Source: Candidatus Hermodarchaeota archaeon
GTDB taxonomy: Archaea > Asgardarchaeota > Hermodarchaeia > Hermodarchaeales > Hermodarchaeaceae
Direction of reading: 5' to 3'
NCBI GenBank assembly: GCA_016840065.1
Contig: JAEOTB010000101.1
Location: forward strand, 1-48,400
DNA: 48,400 nucleotides
Positions within the stretch are counted from its first letter, which is position 1, and every line of letters begins with the position of its first letter. The notes beneath the pieces were generated by a model. The model was not told the DNA's origin and made no database searches. It saw nothing but the letters and a program-made list of their open reading frames with translations. Shown piece after piece: positions 38,244-46,916 of the stretch. A program made the translations under genes and the position numbers.

Positions 38244-38585
38244 CTAGTGGACTGGCGTTCCTGCTGGAAGTTTTTGGTCAGGAACTACTAGTACAACACT
38301 ATAATTTGGATCACCAGGCTTTCCTGTTTCTGCGGCGAGCAGCATTCCCTCTGACTTCACACCTCGGAACATTGCAGGTTTCAGATTAGCTAGCACTATG
38401 ATTTGCATACCCACTAGGGTTTCCGCTGAATAATATTGAGCTAATCCGGTCACTATCTGCCTTTGACCGAGCTCCCCCAAATCAACCTGTAATTGTAATA
38501 GATTTTTCGTACCGGATACTTTTTCTGCTTCTAATATTGTTGCAATTCGGAAATCAAGCTTCTTGAAAGCGTCGAAACTAATCAT
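38244..38585 (-). CDS. Stand-alone tRNA-binding protein (Trbp111/CsaA/MetRS C-terminal-like)
   Basis: ISFD.F.KLD.R, VDLG, RQIV.G, NLKP....GV.SEGMLLAA; ATG 38585 with GAGG SD. Confidence 0.88.
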   Translation of the reverse strand: MISFDAFKKLDFRIATILEAEKVSGTKNLLQLQVDLGELGQRQIVTGLAQYYSAETLVGMQIIVLANLKPAMFRGVKSEGMLLAAETGKPGDPNYSVVLVVPDQKLPAGTPVH

Positions 38586-38700
38586 TGTTTTAACCTCGAT
38601 TGAAACATAATGCTTTTCTGACCTTATAGGTGTGGCAGACTTGTTGAAGAAGCCTTTTTGAATGATATGGTGAAATGATAGCACGGAGTTGCATTAGAAA

Positions 38701-39474
38701 GTGATTCCACGAAGGGCAACAGCAGCTAAAATTACAATCCAAGAGATTTTGAAAGGAACACTAGTCGTTAGACATGGAGACAGGGTTGTAGGAGTTGAGA
38801 CACGCCTAGGTCAAGTGAATCGTGTCAATGTGATAGCTACTGTTGTTGATAAATTTGAAGGAAGAAGGGATGAGGGAGAGGAAAGGAAAAGGTTTGCCAG
38901 CCTAACTCTCGATGATGGAACAGACATTATTCGGGTCAAAATGTGGGGTAGTTCCTGTGAGAGAATTGAAAGGATAGAAGTTGGGGATCTTGTTCTTGTT
39001 ATCGGTAAGATTCGGAGATATCAAGAGGAGACCTACATTAATGGAGAAATCGTCCGCAAACTTGGTGACCCTAACTGGGAAACTGTGCGAATGCTCGAAT
39101 TAGTTAAATCACGAGCTGAGCCTCATCCAATAAGACTTTCTGAACCAAAAGAGGGGGAGAGGCAAGAAAGGGAAGAACGAAGTGCTTCCTCACCATCTCA
39201 CCAAACAGAGTTAGCACCGCGTGGATGGCAAACTGCAGCTGCAACATTAGAGCAACAGACCGAGGAAGCGGAAACCCTTCAAGTATCTGCGGAGCTTCGC
39301 CGGAAGATTGTACAAACCATCGAGGCACATGATGGAGAGGGAGGAGCCCATTTCGAACAGATCCTAAAAGCAGCAGGGAATGCATCTGAGGAGGAGATAG
39401 AACAGGTGCTAATCGATCTGTTAAGCGAGGGGCTTATTTACGAGCCCGAAATCCACCGATATAAGAAATCATAA
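38701..39474 (+). CDS. RPA2/RPA32-like protein (OB fold + linker + C-terminal winged helix)
   Basis: RVNVIATVV, LDDGT..IRV, VIGK.R; low-complexity linker; LLSEG.IYEP WH. Confidence 0.82.
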   Translation: MIPRRATAAKITIQEILKGTLVVRHGDRVVGVETRLGQVNRVNVIATVVDKFEGRRDEGEERKRFASLTLDDGTDIIRVKMWGSSCERIERIEVGDLVLVIGKIRRYQEETYINGEIVRKLGDPNWETVRMLELVKSRAEPHPIRLSEPKEGERQEREERSASSPSHQTELAPRGWQTAAATLEQQTEEAETLQVSAELRRKIVQTIEAHDGEGGAHFEQILKAAGNASEEEIEQVLIDLLSEGLIYEPEIHRYKKS

Positions 39475-39642
39475 TAACATGCCAATTCACCGCGCTAGTC
39501 AATCCAAAGTCTTATCTGCTGTGGAGCAATGAGTTGAAATAGACAAGTGCGAAGTAACAGTCATTGGTTCTGACACTCATTGGCGGATACTTTATGAGTG
39601 TACGATTCTTTGACTCTAATCCTAATACTGGAGGCTTATCCC

Positions 39643-40149
39643 TTGCCAGCCAAACCAAAAACATCAGCAACGAAAGCTAAACCTGCTTCAAAAACCAAAC
39701 CTGTAAAAGCAGGAGAAGCTCCATCCAGCAAGCCAGGCAAATCCTTTGATTATCAAGCGCTTCTACATCGAGCGAGAGAGCAGGTTCCTCCCGAGGTCTA
39801 CGAGCGGCCCAGGTTTGCGATACCTAAGGTGAGCGCGTTCATTCAGGGCCCTAGGACTGTAATAAGGAACTTCAAGGAAATCACAGACACGTTACGTCGG
39901 GAACCCCGGCATTTGATTCGCTTCCTCTCCCGCGAGCTAGCTACCGCAGGAGAGATGCGGGGAAGACAAGCGATTTTCAATGGACGATTTAATACACGGG
40001 CACTTGACGAGCTTGTAGCAAGGTATACCAAAGAGTTTGTATTATGTCCAATTTGCAATGGACCAGACACTGACATGAAACGTGAAGAACGGTTACTCGT
40101 ATTGGTTTGTTCTGGCTGTGGTGGGAGGACCCCACTTAAGGTCATTTAG
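39643..40149 (+). CDS. eif2b: Translation initiation factor aIF2 beta
   Basis: Y..LL.RA, RF.IP, T.IRNF, ELAT.G, CPIC..PDT, C..CG; TTG 39643 follows GGAGG. Confidence 0.93.
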   Translation: MPAKPKTSATKAKPASKTKPVKAGEAPSSKPGKSFDYQALLHRAREQVPPEVYERPRFAIPKVSAFIQGPRTVIRNFKEITDTLRREPRHLIRFLSRELATAGEMRGRQAIFNGRFNTRALDELVARYTKEFVLCPICNGPDTDMKREERLLVLVCSGCGGRTPLKVI

Positions 40150-40167
40150 AGGAGTTCGAGGAATTCG

Positions 40168-40467
40168 ATGAGAGTCTACCTAAACAAAATTCGTTCCGAA
40201 AACGAATACATCATAGCTATATGTGACGAAGAGATTCTTGGGCAGCGATTCGAAGAAGGTGAACTACAAATTCACATCACAGAGAGCTTTTACAAGGGAG
40301 AACTTGTTTCACTTGAAGAGGGTCTTCGGGCGCTGGAGCAAGCGACTATTGCCAATATAGTCGGTGAAAGAATTGTAGAGGGAGCCTTGAAGGCTCAGCT
40401 AATTCATGAAAACGGAATCCTAAGAATCCAGAATGTTCCACATGCCCAGCTAGTCACAACGAAATGA
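40168..40467 (+). CDS. DUF424 family protein
   Basis: IAICD.E.LG..F.EG, FYKG, ANIVG, VPHAQ. Confidence 0.88.
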   Translation: MRVYLNKIRSENEYIIAICDEEILGQRFEEGELQIHITESFYKGELVSLEEGLRALEQATIANIVGERIVEGALKAQLIHENGILRIQNVPHAQLVTTK

Positions 40468-40473
40468 ATCACA

Positions 40474-41544
40474 ATGCCGAAGAAATGCCCGAAGTGTGGA
40501 CGACCGCCTTCCAAACACATCCCTTTTATTGAAGGTTTTTGTGTAGACTGTTTTTTCAGTCAACATTCTCTTGTCAAGTTTCGCCGCCAACCCAAGGCAA
40601 TAATGTGTCCTCGATGTGATTCATATAGAGTTAGTGGACGTTGGGTTTCATGTGATGATACTCCAATTGACGAACACTTATTCAATATGGTCTGTGATCT
40701 CCTAGACCCACTTTTTACACCTAAAGTAACTTCCACTTACGAGGTTCAGATACTAGACGAGATTGAAAGACCAGCGACACGGATGAAGAAAATAAATGTC
40801 AAAGTAATCGCAAACGCAGAGCAGTTTTCTTTTCAACAAGAGGAAGTAGTAACAGTACCCATTACGCCCATTCTTTGTGAACAATGTAAGCGTGTATCAG
40901 GAGGCTACTATGAAGCACTCCTTCAAGTACGTGCTTCGACAGGCAAATTGTCAAAGCACCAAGAGGAAGTAGTGTTATCCTTCATTTACGAACGCCTCAC
41001 CGCACTATCACAATCACCAACAGCACTAAAAATCACTCCAATAAGGGGAGGAATTGATATCAAATTCATCTCCAGTCGGTTGTGCCGCAGCCTAGCAAAA
41101 GCGTTAGCAACCCAGTTTGGACTCCTCCTTAGCGTTTCTAGTAAAGTAACAGGACGAACAAGAACAGGAAAAACTCAAAGTCGAGAGAGCTTTGCGTTAC
41201 GTTTCCCTCCCTTTCAAGTAGGAGATGTGATATCCCATGACAACCAGATATATCGAATCTCAGGTATTCACAACGGACGTTACACCCTTATCAACCTTGA
41301 ATCAGAACAACGACGTGTTTTCTCACCAAAGGAGCTTGTTAGTATCGATTGGGAATTATTAAATGACCAAGTTCAAGGCTTCATAATAATCTCCATAGAG
41401 CAGGACACAATCCAGTTAATGAGTCAACAAGATTATGCAATCTATGATCTACCACTCCCTCCATTCCAAGTCAAAGTAGGCGACACACTGAGTGCTGTTA
41501 AAATAAGGGATTATCTTCGTATATTACAACTTGATGATGCCTAA
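40474..41544 (+). CDS. nmd3: NMD3-family protein
   Basis: CPKCG..CVDC..CPRC..CEQC..GGYYEA.LQVR; C-terminal eIF5A-like domains. Confidence 0.9.
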   Translation: MPKKCPKCGRPPSKHIPFIEGFCVDCFFSQHSLVKFRRQPKAIMCPRCDSYRVSGRWVSCDDTPIDEHLFNMVCDLLDPLFTPKVTSTYEVQILDEIERPATRMKKINVKVIANAEQFSFQQEEVVTVPITPILCEQCKRVSGGYYEALLQVRASTGKLSKHQEEVVLSFIYERLTALSQSPTALKITPIRGGIDIKFISSRLCRSLAKALATQFGLLLSVSSKVTGRTRTGKTQSRESFALRFPPFQVGDVISHDNQIYRISGIHNGRYTLINLESEQRRVFSPKELVSIDWELLNDQVQGFIIISIEQDTIQLMSQQDYAIYDLPLPPFQVKVGDTLSAVKIRDYLRILQLDDA

Positions 41545-41636
41545 TTGTTTGCATACACATTTATTGCAACGATGTGAGCAAGCTTATATACTGGCTTTCG
41601 TTTCGTAATCTCGCTAGTAAGCTAGGAGTATTATTC

Positions 41637-41990
41637 ATGGCTAAACCTCGACGCGGAAAAGGTGGACGCGGACGGAGGCGATACAAGGGTCAGTCTAGAC
41701 CAGAGGGAGAAGTGGTTCGTGTTCGGATTCCACAAGAAGGAGAAGTATTGGGTATCGCAGTACAGCTTCTCGGTTATGACCGCGTTAAAGTCAAATGCGC
41801 TGACGGGAAATCAAGACTCTGCCGTATACGTGGGACCATGAAAAAGCGAGTCTGGATTCGAGAGGATGATGTAGTTCTTGTTGCGCCTTGGGACTTTCAA
41901 ACCGACCAGCGAGGCGACATCATCTGGCGTTATTCACAAGGTGAAGCAGGGTGGCTGGAAAAACGCGGCTACCTCAAAATAGAGTATTAG
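41637..41990 (+). CDS. eif1a: Translation initiation factor aIF1A
   Basis: LLG..R..V.CADG..R.CRI.G.MKKRVWIR..D.V.V.PWDFQ, GDIIWRY. Confidence 0.96.
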   Translation: MAKPRRGKGGRGRRRYKGQSRPEGEVVRVRIPQEGEVLGIAVQLLGYDRVKVKCADGKSRLCRIRGTMKKRVWIREDDVVLVAPWDFQTDQRGDIIWRYSQGEAGWLEKRGYLKIEY

Positions 41991-42033
41991 ACTATCTATC
42001 AGTCTGAGCAAACTTCGAAAGGAGAAAGAACGT

Positions 42034-42732
42034 TTGCTAGTTTTAGGTATTGTAGAGTCATCCTTGGAACTTGTACCGTCAATAATCCTTCAGCACCCAA
42101 CTATTGAAACCGCCTCCAAAGCAAGGCGAAAGAAGCCAGAACATACATTGTTGGATGAAGCCGTTCACTCTGCGGCGATGAAGACACTTCCCGATTTTGA
42201 GAAGCGTGGGCGACCAGATATCCTGCACCGGAGCCTGCTTACAGCTCTAGACTCCGTACTAGCGCGGGAGAATCGTTTGAGGCTTTTTGTGCATACAAGT
42301 GCTGACGCTATAATTGATGTGAAACCACAGACACGACTCCCTCGTCGTTTCACACGGTTCACGGGCCTTATGGAACAACTACTTCTTACAAAACGTGTCC
42401 CACCTCAGGGACCAATTCTAATGCAGTTACGACGTCGAAAACTTGCAGTTCAGATTCAGCGACTCAAGCCTAGTTGTACATTTCTACTTACAGAAGAAGG
42501 GAAGCCTACACCGCCCATGGAGCTAGCTCAAATGATATGTTCGGAAGACAAGCCACTAGTAATGATAGGAGGGTTTCCCCACGGATCTTTTACATCAACC
42601 ACAATAGAGCTTGCTGAACGAACTGTGTGTATCTATCCTGCTTCTCTGTCAGCCTCCACTATAGTTGGAATTGTGCTTCATAGTGTTTCAAATCAATTAA
42701 GACTCTCTGAGCATCAATTTAGTTCAAAGTAA
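42034..42732 (+). CDS. nep1: Nep1/Emg1 SPOUT rRNA pseudouridine methyltransferase
   Basis: ESSLE.VP, RGRPDI.H..LL, R.PR...RF.GLMEQL, IGGFPHG. Confidence 0.94.
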   Translation: MLVLGIVESSLELVPSIILQHPTIETASKARRKKPEHTLLDEAVHSAAMKTLPDFEKRGRPDILHRSLLTALDSVLARENRLRLFVHTSADAIIDVKPQTRLPRRFTRFTGLMEQLLLTKRVPPQGPILMQLRRRKLAVQIQRLKPSCTFLLTEEGKPTPPMELAQMICSEDKPLVMIGGFPHGSFTSTTIELAERTVCIYPASLSASTIVGIVLHSVSNQLRLSEHQFSSK

Positions 42733-42810
42733 CGTGCCTTATCATAATAAGACTTATCAACCGATTCGAAGCTGTTGCATAATAATAAACAGAATTATGG
42801 AGAATATCTA

Positions 42811-43581
42811 TTGTCACCAAAAATCGACCGACTGGACCAACGGCTAGACAAAGCTCGAATGAGAATAAAGCGGTCAGAAGACCGGCAAGTCATCGAGTCA
42901 GTCTTTGATACAAAAACCCTCCTCGTGCTATACAATCTGATAAACCACAGGATTCTCAATATAATTAATGGCTGTATTTCCACGGGAAAGGAGGCGAATG
43001 TCTACTGGGCGGTTCAACCAGACGGAACAGATGTAGCCATCAAGATTTACAGGATTTCCACCTTTAACTTCAAAAGCATCACCATGTATCTTGAAGGAGA
43101 CCCCCGTTTTTCCAGAATTCCTCGGTCAAGAAGTGCTCTCATCACAGCGTGGGCGTCTAAAGAGTACAAGAACCTTCAGCGTGCAGTGAGTGTTGGAGTA
43201 CGCGTACCCAAGCCTATTATTGTCAAACGCAATGTACTAGTAATGGAATTTATTGGGGAAGGTGGTCTGCCAGCACCCATAATGCAAAAAGCAAAGCCCG
43301 AAAATCCAGAAGAAACACGCGACATTCTTCTCAAGGCAATCTCCACCCTCTACCACAAGGCAAACCTTGTCCACGCGGACTTGAGTGAGTATAATGTAAT
43401 GCTCTGGAACGAACCAGTTATCATTGATGTATCACAAGCAGTGCTACTTGATCACCCCTACAGTAACCAATTTTTAGAACGTGATGTAAGGAATATCCTC
43501 TCTTACTTCCGCCACTTTAATATCCCCAAACTCGATACCCAACAAACAACTGAAATGATTCGTCGAGGTGAACTAGAATAG
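42811..43581 (+). CDS. rio1: RIO1 kinase/ATPase
   Basis: ISTGKEANVY, KIYR, WA.KE..NL, VHADLSEYN, IIDVSQAV. Confidence 0.95.
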   Translation: MSPKIDRLDQRLDKARMRIKRSEDRQVIESVFDTKTLLVLYNLINHRILNIINGCISTGKEANVYWAVQPDGTDVAIKIYRISTFNFKSITMYLEGDPRFSRIPRSRSALITAWASKEYKNLQRAVSVGVRVPKPIIVKRNVLVMEFIGEGGLPAPIMQKAKPENPEETRDILLKAISTLYHKANLVHADLSEYNVMLWNEPVIIDVSQAVLLDHPYSNQFLERDVRNILSYFRHFNIPKLDTQQTTEMIRRGELE

Positions 43582-44165
43582 AAGCCACATCCCGGGTTCG
43601 AATACCAAAGAATCGCATTGCTGTTCTTATCGGACCAAACGGAACAGTCAAAACACGCCTTGAAAAGGTCACCAACACAAGCATCGAAATTGACAGCACG
43701 GACGGGCTAGTAACAATAGATTCAACAGAAACAACGGAGGACCCTCTGGCTGTTTGGAAGGCACGAGATGTTGTTCAAGCGATAGGACGCGGCTTCAGTC
43801 CAGAACGAGCCTTTACTCTCCTTGACGATGAAATCTACCTTAGAGTCATTAGCCTAGAAGAGTATGGAAACACACCCAACCAAATCCGCAGGCTAAAGGG
43901 CAGAGTAATCGGTCAAGGAGGCAAGACACGCCGGAACATAGAGGAACTCACAAGCACATTCATCACAATCTTCGGAAACACCATAGGAATCATCGGCGAA
44001 CTAGAGAACCAACAAGTCGCACTAACGGCAATTGTCCGGCTACTAAAAGGCGCAGAACACTCAACTGTTTACCGTTATCTAAACAACCAACGCCGAAAAC
44101 TAAAAAGACAACGCCAACAGGAAATGTGGCGCCCAGTCGGCTCCGAAGGAACCGACATACCATAA
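43578..44165 (+). CDS. Pno1/Dim2 KH-domain ribosome biogenesis protein; not in ORF track (apparent ATA start)
   Basis: Manual translation (I)EATSRVRIPKNRIAVLIGPNG...AIGRGFSPERA...KGRVIGQGGKTR...H.TVY.YL; 195 aa; downstream of rio1. Confidence 0.93.
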   Translation: MEATSRVRIPKNRIAVLIGPNGTVKTRLEKVTNTSIEIDSTDGLVTIDSTETTEDPLAVWKARDVVQAIGRGFSPERAFTLLDDEIYLRVISLEEYGNTPNQIRRLKGRVIGQGGKTRRNIEELTSTFITIFGNTIGIIGELENQQVALTAIVRLLKGAEHSTVYRYLNNQRRKLKRQRQQEMWRPVGSEGTDIP

Positions 44166-44208
44166 GCTTAAAATCAACTAATGAAAAAAGCAAAACCCCA
44201 AAACAAAT

Positions 44209-44314
44209 GCCGGGGTGGCTCAGCCAGGTAGAGCGGGAGTCCGACATCAAAAACAGATGCGGCTCGATGCTGTTAACCTCTAGGTCCGCGGTTCGAAGCC
44301 GCGCCCCGGCGCCA
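44209..44314 (+). tRNA. tRNA-Asn(GTT) with a 29-nt intron in the anticodon stem (30/31; 44240-44268)
   Basis: GCCGGGG/CCCCGGC + GCCA; spliced stem GGAGG/CCTCT, loop CT-GTT-AA; complete hBHBh' (AG/CT, CGGG/CTCG, CCG/CGG). Confidence 0.92.
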
Positions 44315-44350
44315 CTTCTTCTTCAAATTTCTAAGTTAGTATGACTTGAG

Positions 44351-44468
44351 TGGTGCGGGGGATGGGATTTTCTGTTGTCACCCGAATGATGACTACATTC
44401 GAACCCATGAACGCCTACGCGACAGGGACCTAAACCCTGCACCTTTGACCAGGCTCGGCAACCCCCGC
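44351..44468 (-). tRNA. tRNA-Leu(TAG) with a 30-nt T-loop intron (~59/60; 44368-44397)
   Basis: GCGGGGG/CCCCCGC + ACCA; CAGGG-TT-TAG-GT-CCCTG; long variable arm; ATGGG-TTCGAA[intron]T-CCCAT. Confidence 0.92.
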
Positions 44469-44479
44469 AGAGGGGTGAA

Positions 44480-44589
44480 TGGTGCCCCGACCGGGATTCG
44501 AACCCGGGTCTACGGGTCGAAAACCCATAATGATTGACCTGGGTTTGCGGCTAGACATTGTGTGTCATGAGCCACTACACTATCGGGGC
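44480..44589 (-). tRNA. tRNA-Glu(TTC) with a 32-nt D-loop intron (~15/16; 44543-44574)
   Basis: GCCCCGA/TCGGGGC + ACCA; ATGGG-TT-TTC-GA-CCCGT; CCGGG-TTCGAAT-CCCGG; spliced D loop AGCCAGGTCA. Confidence 0.9.
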
Positions 44590-44613
44590 GTGAGTGGAGG
44601 ATAATAATTATCC

Positions 44614-44630
44614 GTTCAAAAAGGTTTCCA
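44614..44630 (-). promoter_or_regulatory. BRE/TATA-like promoter for tRNA-Glu (and tRNA-Leu)
   Basis: Minus strand GGAAACCTTTTTGAAC ~25 nt upstream of tRNA-Glu; near-identical to the element upstream of tRNA-Ala. Confidence 0.6.
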
Positions 44631-44646
44631 CAACGATTGGTAAAAG

Positions 44647-44721
<75 letters not shown>

Positions 44722-44768
44722 ACAGACATTGTTACCGTCGCATGCGTAGTGTGAACCGCCAATCGTCA

Positions 44769-44785
44769 GCTAAAAAGGTTTTCAC
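44769..44785 (-). promoter_or_regulatory. BRE/TATA-like promoter for tRNA-Ala
   Basis: Minus strand TGAAAACCTTTTTAGC. Confidence 0.55.
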
Positions 44786-44871
44786 AAGGATAGAACGTTA
44801 TTGGCGCCAATCGCCGAAGGAAACTTAAGTGTTGGAAACATATGTAGCGGAAAATCGCTTGGTGAATAGAT

Positions 44872-45723
44872 TTGACGCTGCCAGACCTCGAGTCCCCCAG
44901 AATTCGTAACGCGGTTCATCGGATCCTCGCCCCCCGTGGAGCTATTGCTCATTATCTTTGGGAGAGCATTCCTTTTTACGGGCACTACCTAGATGAGCTA
45001 GAACTCCGCTCTGATATGCGGGTCCTTGACGTTGGCTGCGGCGTAGGGCGCACAACACTAGAACTAGCACACCGCTGCCCTGAGGGCGAGGTAACAGGTA
45101 TTGATATCAACCCTGCTCTAGTGGCATCTGCTGAGCAACTAGCAGAACTGTTCCAACTTGGAGAAAATACACGATTCTTTGCAAGCGACATCGTTGAGAA
45201 GGGTACCCTACCAAAAGACTCCATCTTTGACCTAATCTATATCCGCCACGTCCTAAGCGATGTGAAGCAACCCGGACTCCGCGAACTAGTCCGCCATCTT
45301 GCACCAGAAGGACTCCTTGTTATCCTGGAACCTGACTTCTCCATGTGCCGTGCTTTCGGACTTCCCCACTTCGATGCACACATACACCGAGAAGGAGAAA
45401 TCGCCAGAGAGTCAGGACTAAGTGGAGGGAACCTTCGCCAACTCCTACGCGAAGCACACCTCAAAGTGAAACGATACGAGCCACACCTCAAGATAATCAC
45501 CGAAGAAGATACCAAGTGGATGACCTTCGCCAAGAAACGCCTCGCAGCCGTCTACGAAGAAGAAATACCGAAAATCGAATCACTAAGATTCCGCCGTGGA
45601 AGCCAATGGGTGGACGAACGCATAAACCGCCTACAGAACCAACATACCGAACTAGACAAACTCACAAAACGCCACCAATTCACCCACTTCTACATACAAT
45701 TCCTCGCCCACGCCATAAAATAG
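44872..45723 (+). CDS. Class I SAM-dependent methyltransferase
   Basis: VLDVGCGVG, GIDIN, FD.I, L.P.G.LVILEPD. Confidence 0.85.
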   Translation: MTLPDLESPRIRNAVHRILAPRGAIAHYLWESIPFYGHYLDELELRSDMRVLDVGCGVGRTTLELAHRCPEGEVTGIDINPALVASAEQLAELFQLGENTRFFASDIVEKGTLPKDSIFDLIYIRHVLSDVKQPGLRELVRHLAPEGLLVILEPDFSMCRAFGLPHFDAHIHREGEIARESGLSGGNLRQLLREAHLKVKRYEPHLKIITEEDTKWMTFAKKRLAAVYEEEIPKIESLRFRRGSQWVDERINRLQNQHTELDKLTKRHQFTHFYIQFLAHAIK

Positions 45724-45767
45724 TATATTCTAACTGAAATGATAACACTCAAATTTGTGGGTTCTGT

Positions 45768-45806
45768 AAAAAAAGGGAGGAAGGGGAGGGCCTGTTGCAT
45801 CCCTCC
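45768..45806 (-). terminator. Hairpin + pyrimidine/T7 tract terminator of the surface-protein gene
   Basis: Minus strand GGAGGG-N10-CCCTCC-CCTTCCTCCC-TTTTTTT just after the stop at 45817. Confidence 0.6.
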
Positions 45807-45816
45807 AAAACTACTT

Positions 45817-46746
45817 CTAGTTTCGACGTCGTACGATGATAAAAGCTGCAATTACTCCACAGGCTAATGCACCTGCACCGACTACGAATAGGACTACTAA
45901 ATCGCTAGGAATTGGTGGCGTAAGACTACTTACTAACCCAAATGTTGGATCGTGTTCGAGGGTTTCGTCACTGAAGTTAGGATAAGCAATATAGAACCTA
46001 GATCTGTCAGTTTGTTCTTCTATACTACTATTGACAGGAACTTCTGTGCCCCCAGCATTTGCAGTATTCCTATAGGAGAAATAGGCACCGTCGAAAGAGT
46101 AAGTCCTGTTCTGGTACTGAGTCTGATGAGCGTGCTGAAAAGCATGCTGACCAGGTGATTGAAGCATTATATCCCAACGGAGCGCAAGATAGGTGTCAGG
46201 GTAAGCCCATGGCCATCCCGATATTACTATGTCGAATTTCAAATCACCAGGACTAGATGCATTCATATGAAAACGTAGTTGTACAAAGAGATCGTCGTAG
46301 CCAGGCCCTTGCACACTTTCAAGTGTGTAATTAAAGTGAATTGCTGTTACTGTATCATCCTCATGTTCAGTGATGAAGTCACTGAAGTTCCAGCGAATAG
46401 CTGCAAGAGATAGAATGGATTGTGCCACGTTATCTGTTCCAGGTGTATACGCCGCATCGGCGTTTGTGTCGTTAAATTCTATGAGCTGGTGGAACTGTAC
46501 ATGATAGACAAGTTGATCACTCGTAGTATTAGTAGCCCAGAATAGGAAATGGGGAACTTCTCCCCCTGTCGTTACGCGTACCGTCATTACCTCTGTAGTA
46601 AGAGTGACCTGCTGATGCAGACCATCATATTGCCAAGTGAATCCTGTGCCATTCGTGGCAGCAGTAACAGAGACACTAGCAATTAACAGCAGCGCTAAAC
46701 AAAATGGAGCGGCTGTGACAACACGTTTGATTATCTGTGTATTCAT
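45817..46746 (-). CDS. Type I membrane-anchored surface glycoprotein, unknown function
   Basis: N-terminal signal peptide, beta-rich ectodomain with 9 N-x-S/T sequons, C-terminal TM followed by RRRN; start approximate. Confidence 0.8.
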   Translation of the reverse strand: MNTQIIKRVVTAAPFCLALLLIASVSVTAATNGTGFTWQYDGLHQQVTLTTEVMTVRVTTGGEVPHFLFWATNTTSDQLVYHVQFHQLIEFNDTNADAAYTPGTDNVAQSILSLAAIRWNFSDFITEHEDDTVTAIHFNYTLESVQGPGYDDLFVQLRFHMNASSPGDLKFDIVISGWPWAYPDTYLALRWDIMLQSPGQHAFQHAHQTQYQNRTYSFDGAYFSYRNTANAGGTEVPVNSSIEEQTDRSRFYIAYPNFSDETLEHDPTFGLVSSLTPPIPSDLVVLFVVGAGALACGVIAAFIIVRRRN

Positions 46747-46797
46747 TTCTTTCATCTTTTTCTGTGTTTTCGGCAAATTCTTGTCTGAACGCCGAAA

Positions 46798-46873
46798 AAA
46801 GTATATTCAAATGAACATATATACTTTCAGTTCTATATTTATGGAACCTTATGGTTCGATTTTTCTCGAACCA
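46798..46873. promoter_or_regulatory. Operator-like inverted repeats in a divergent promoter
   Basis: AAAGTATAT(46798-806)/ATATACTTT(46819-827) and TGGTTCGA-N6-TCGAACCA (46852-873), both perfect; TATA-like TATATTTA between them. Confidence 0.65.
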
Positions 46874-46916
46874 CAAAAACTACAACTTTATCAAGTAGTC
46901 GGAACAACAAACAGGC

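Noticed and set aside
45345-45737. 130-aa Pro/Thr/Arg-rich ORF (also 47570-47989)
   Set aside because: Alternate-frame artifact of C+A skew, which depletes stop codons
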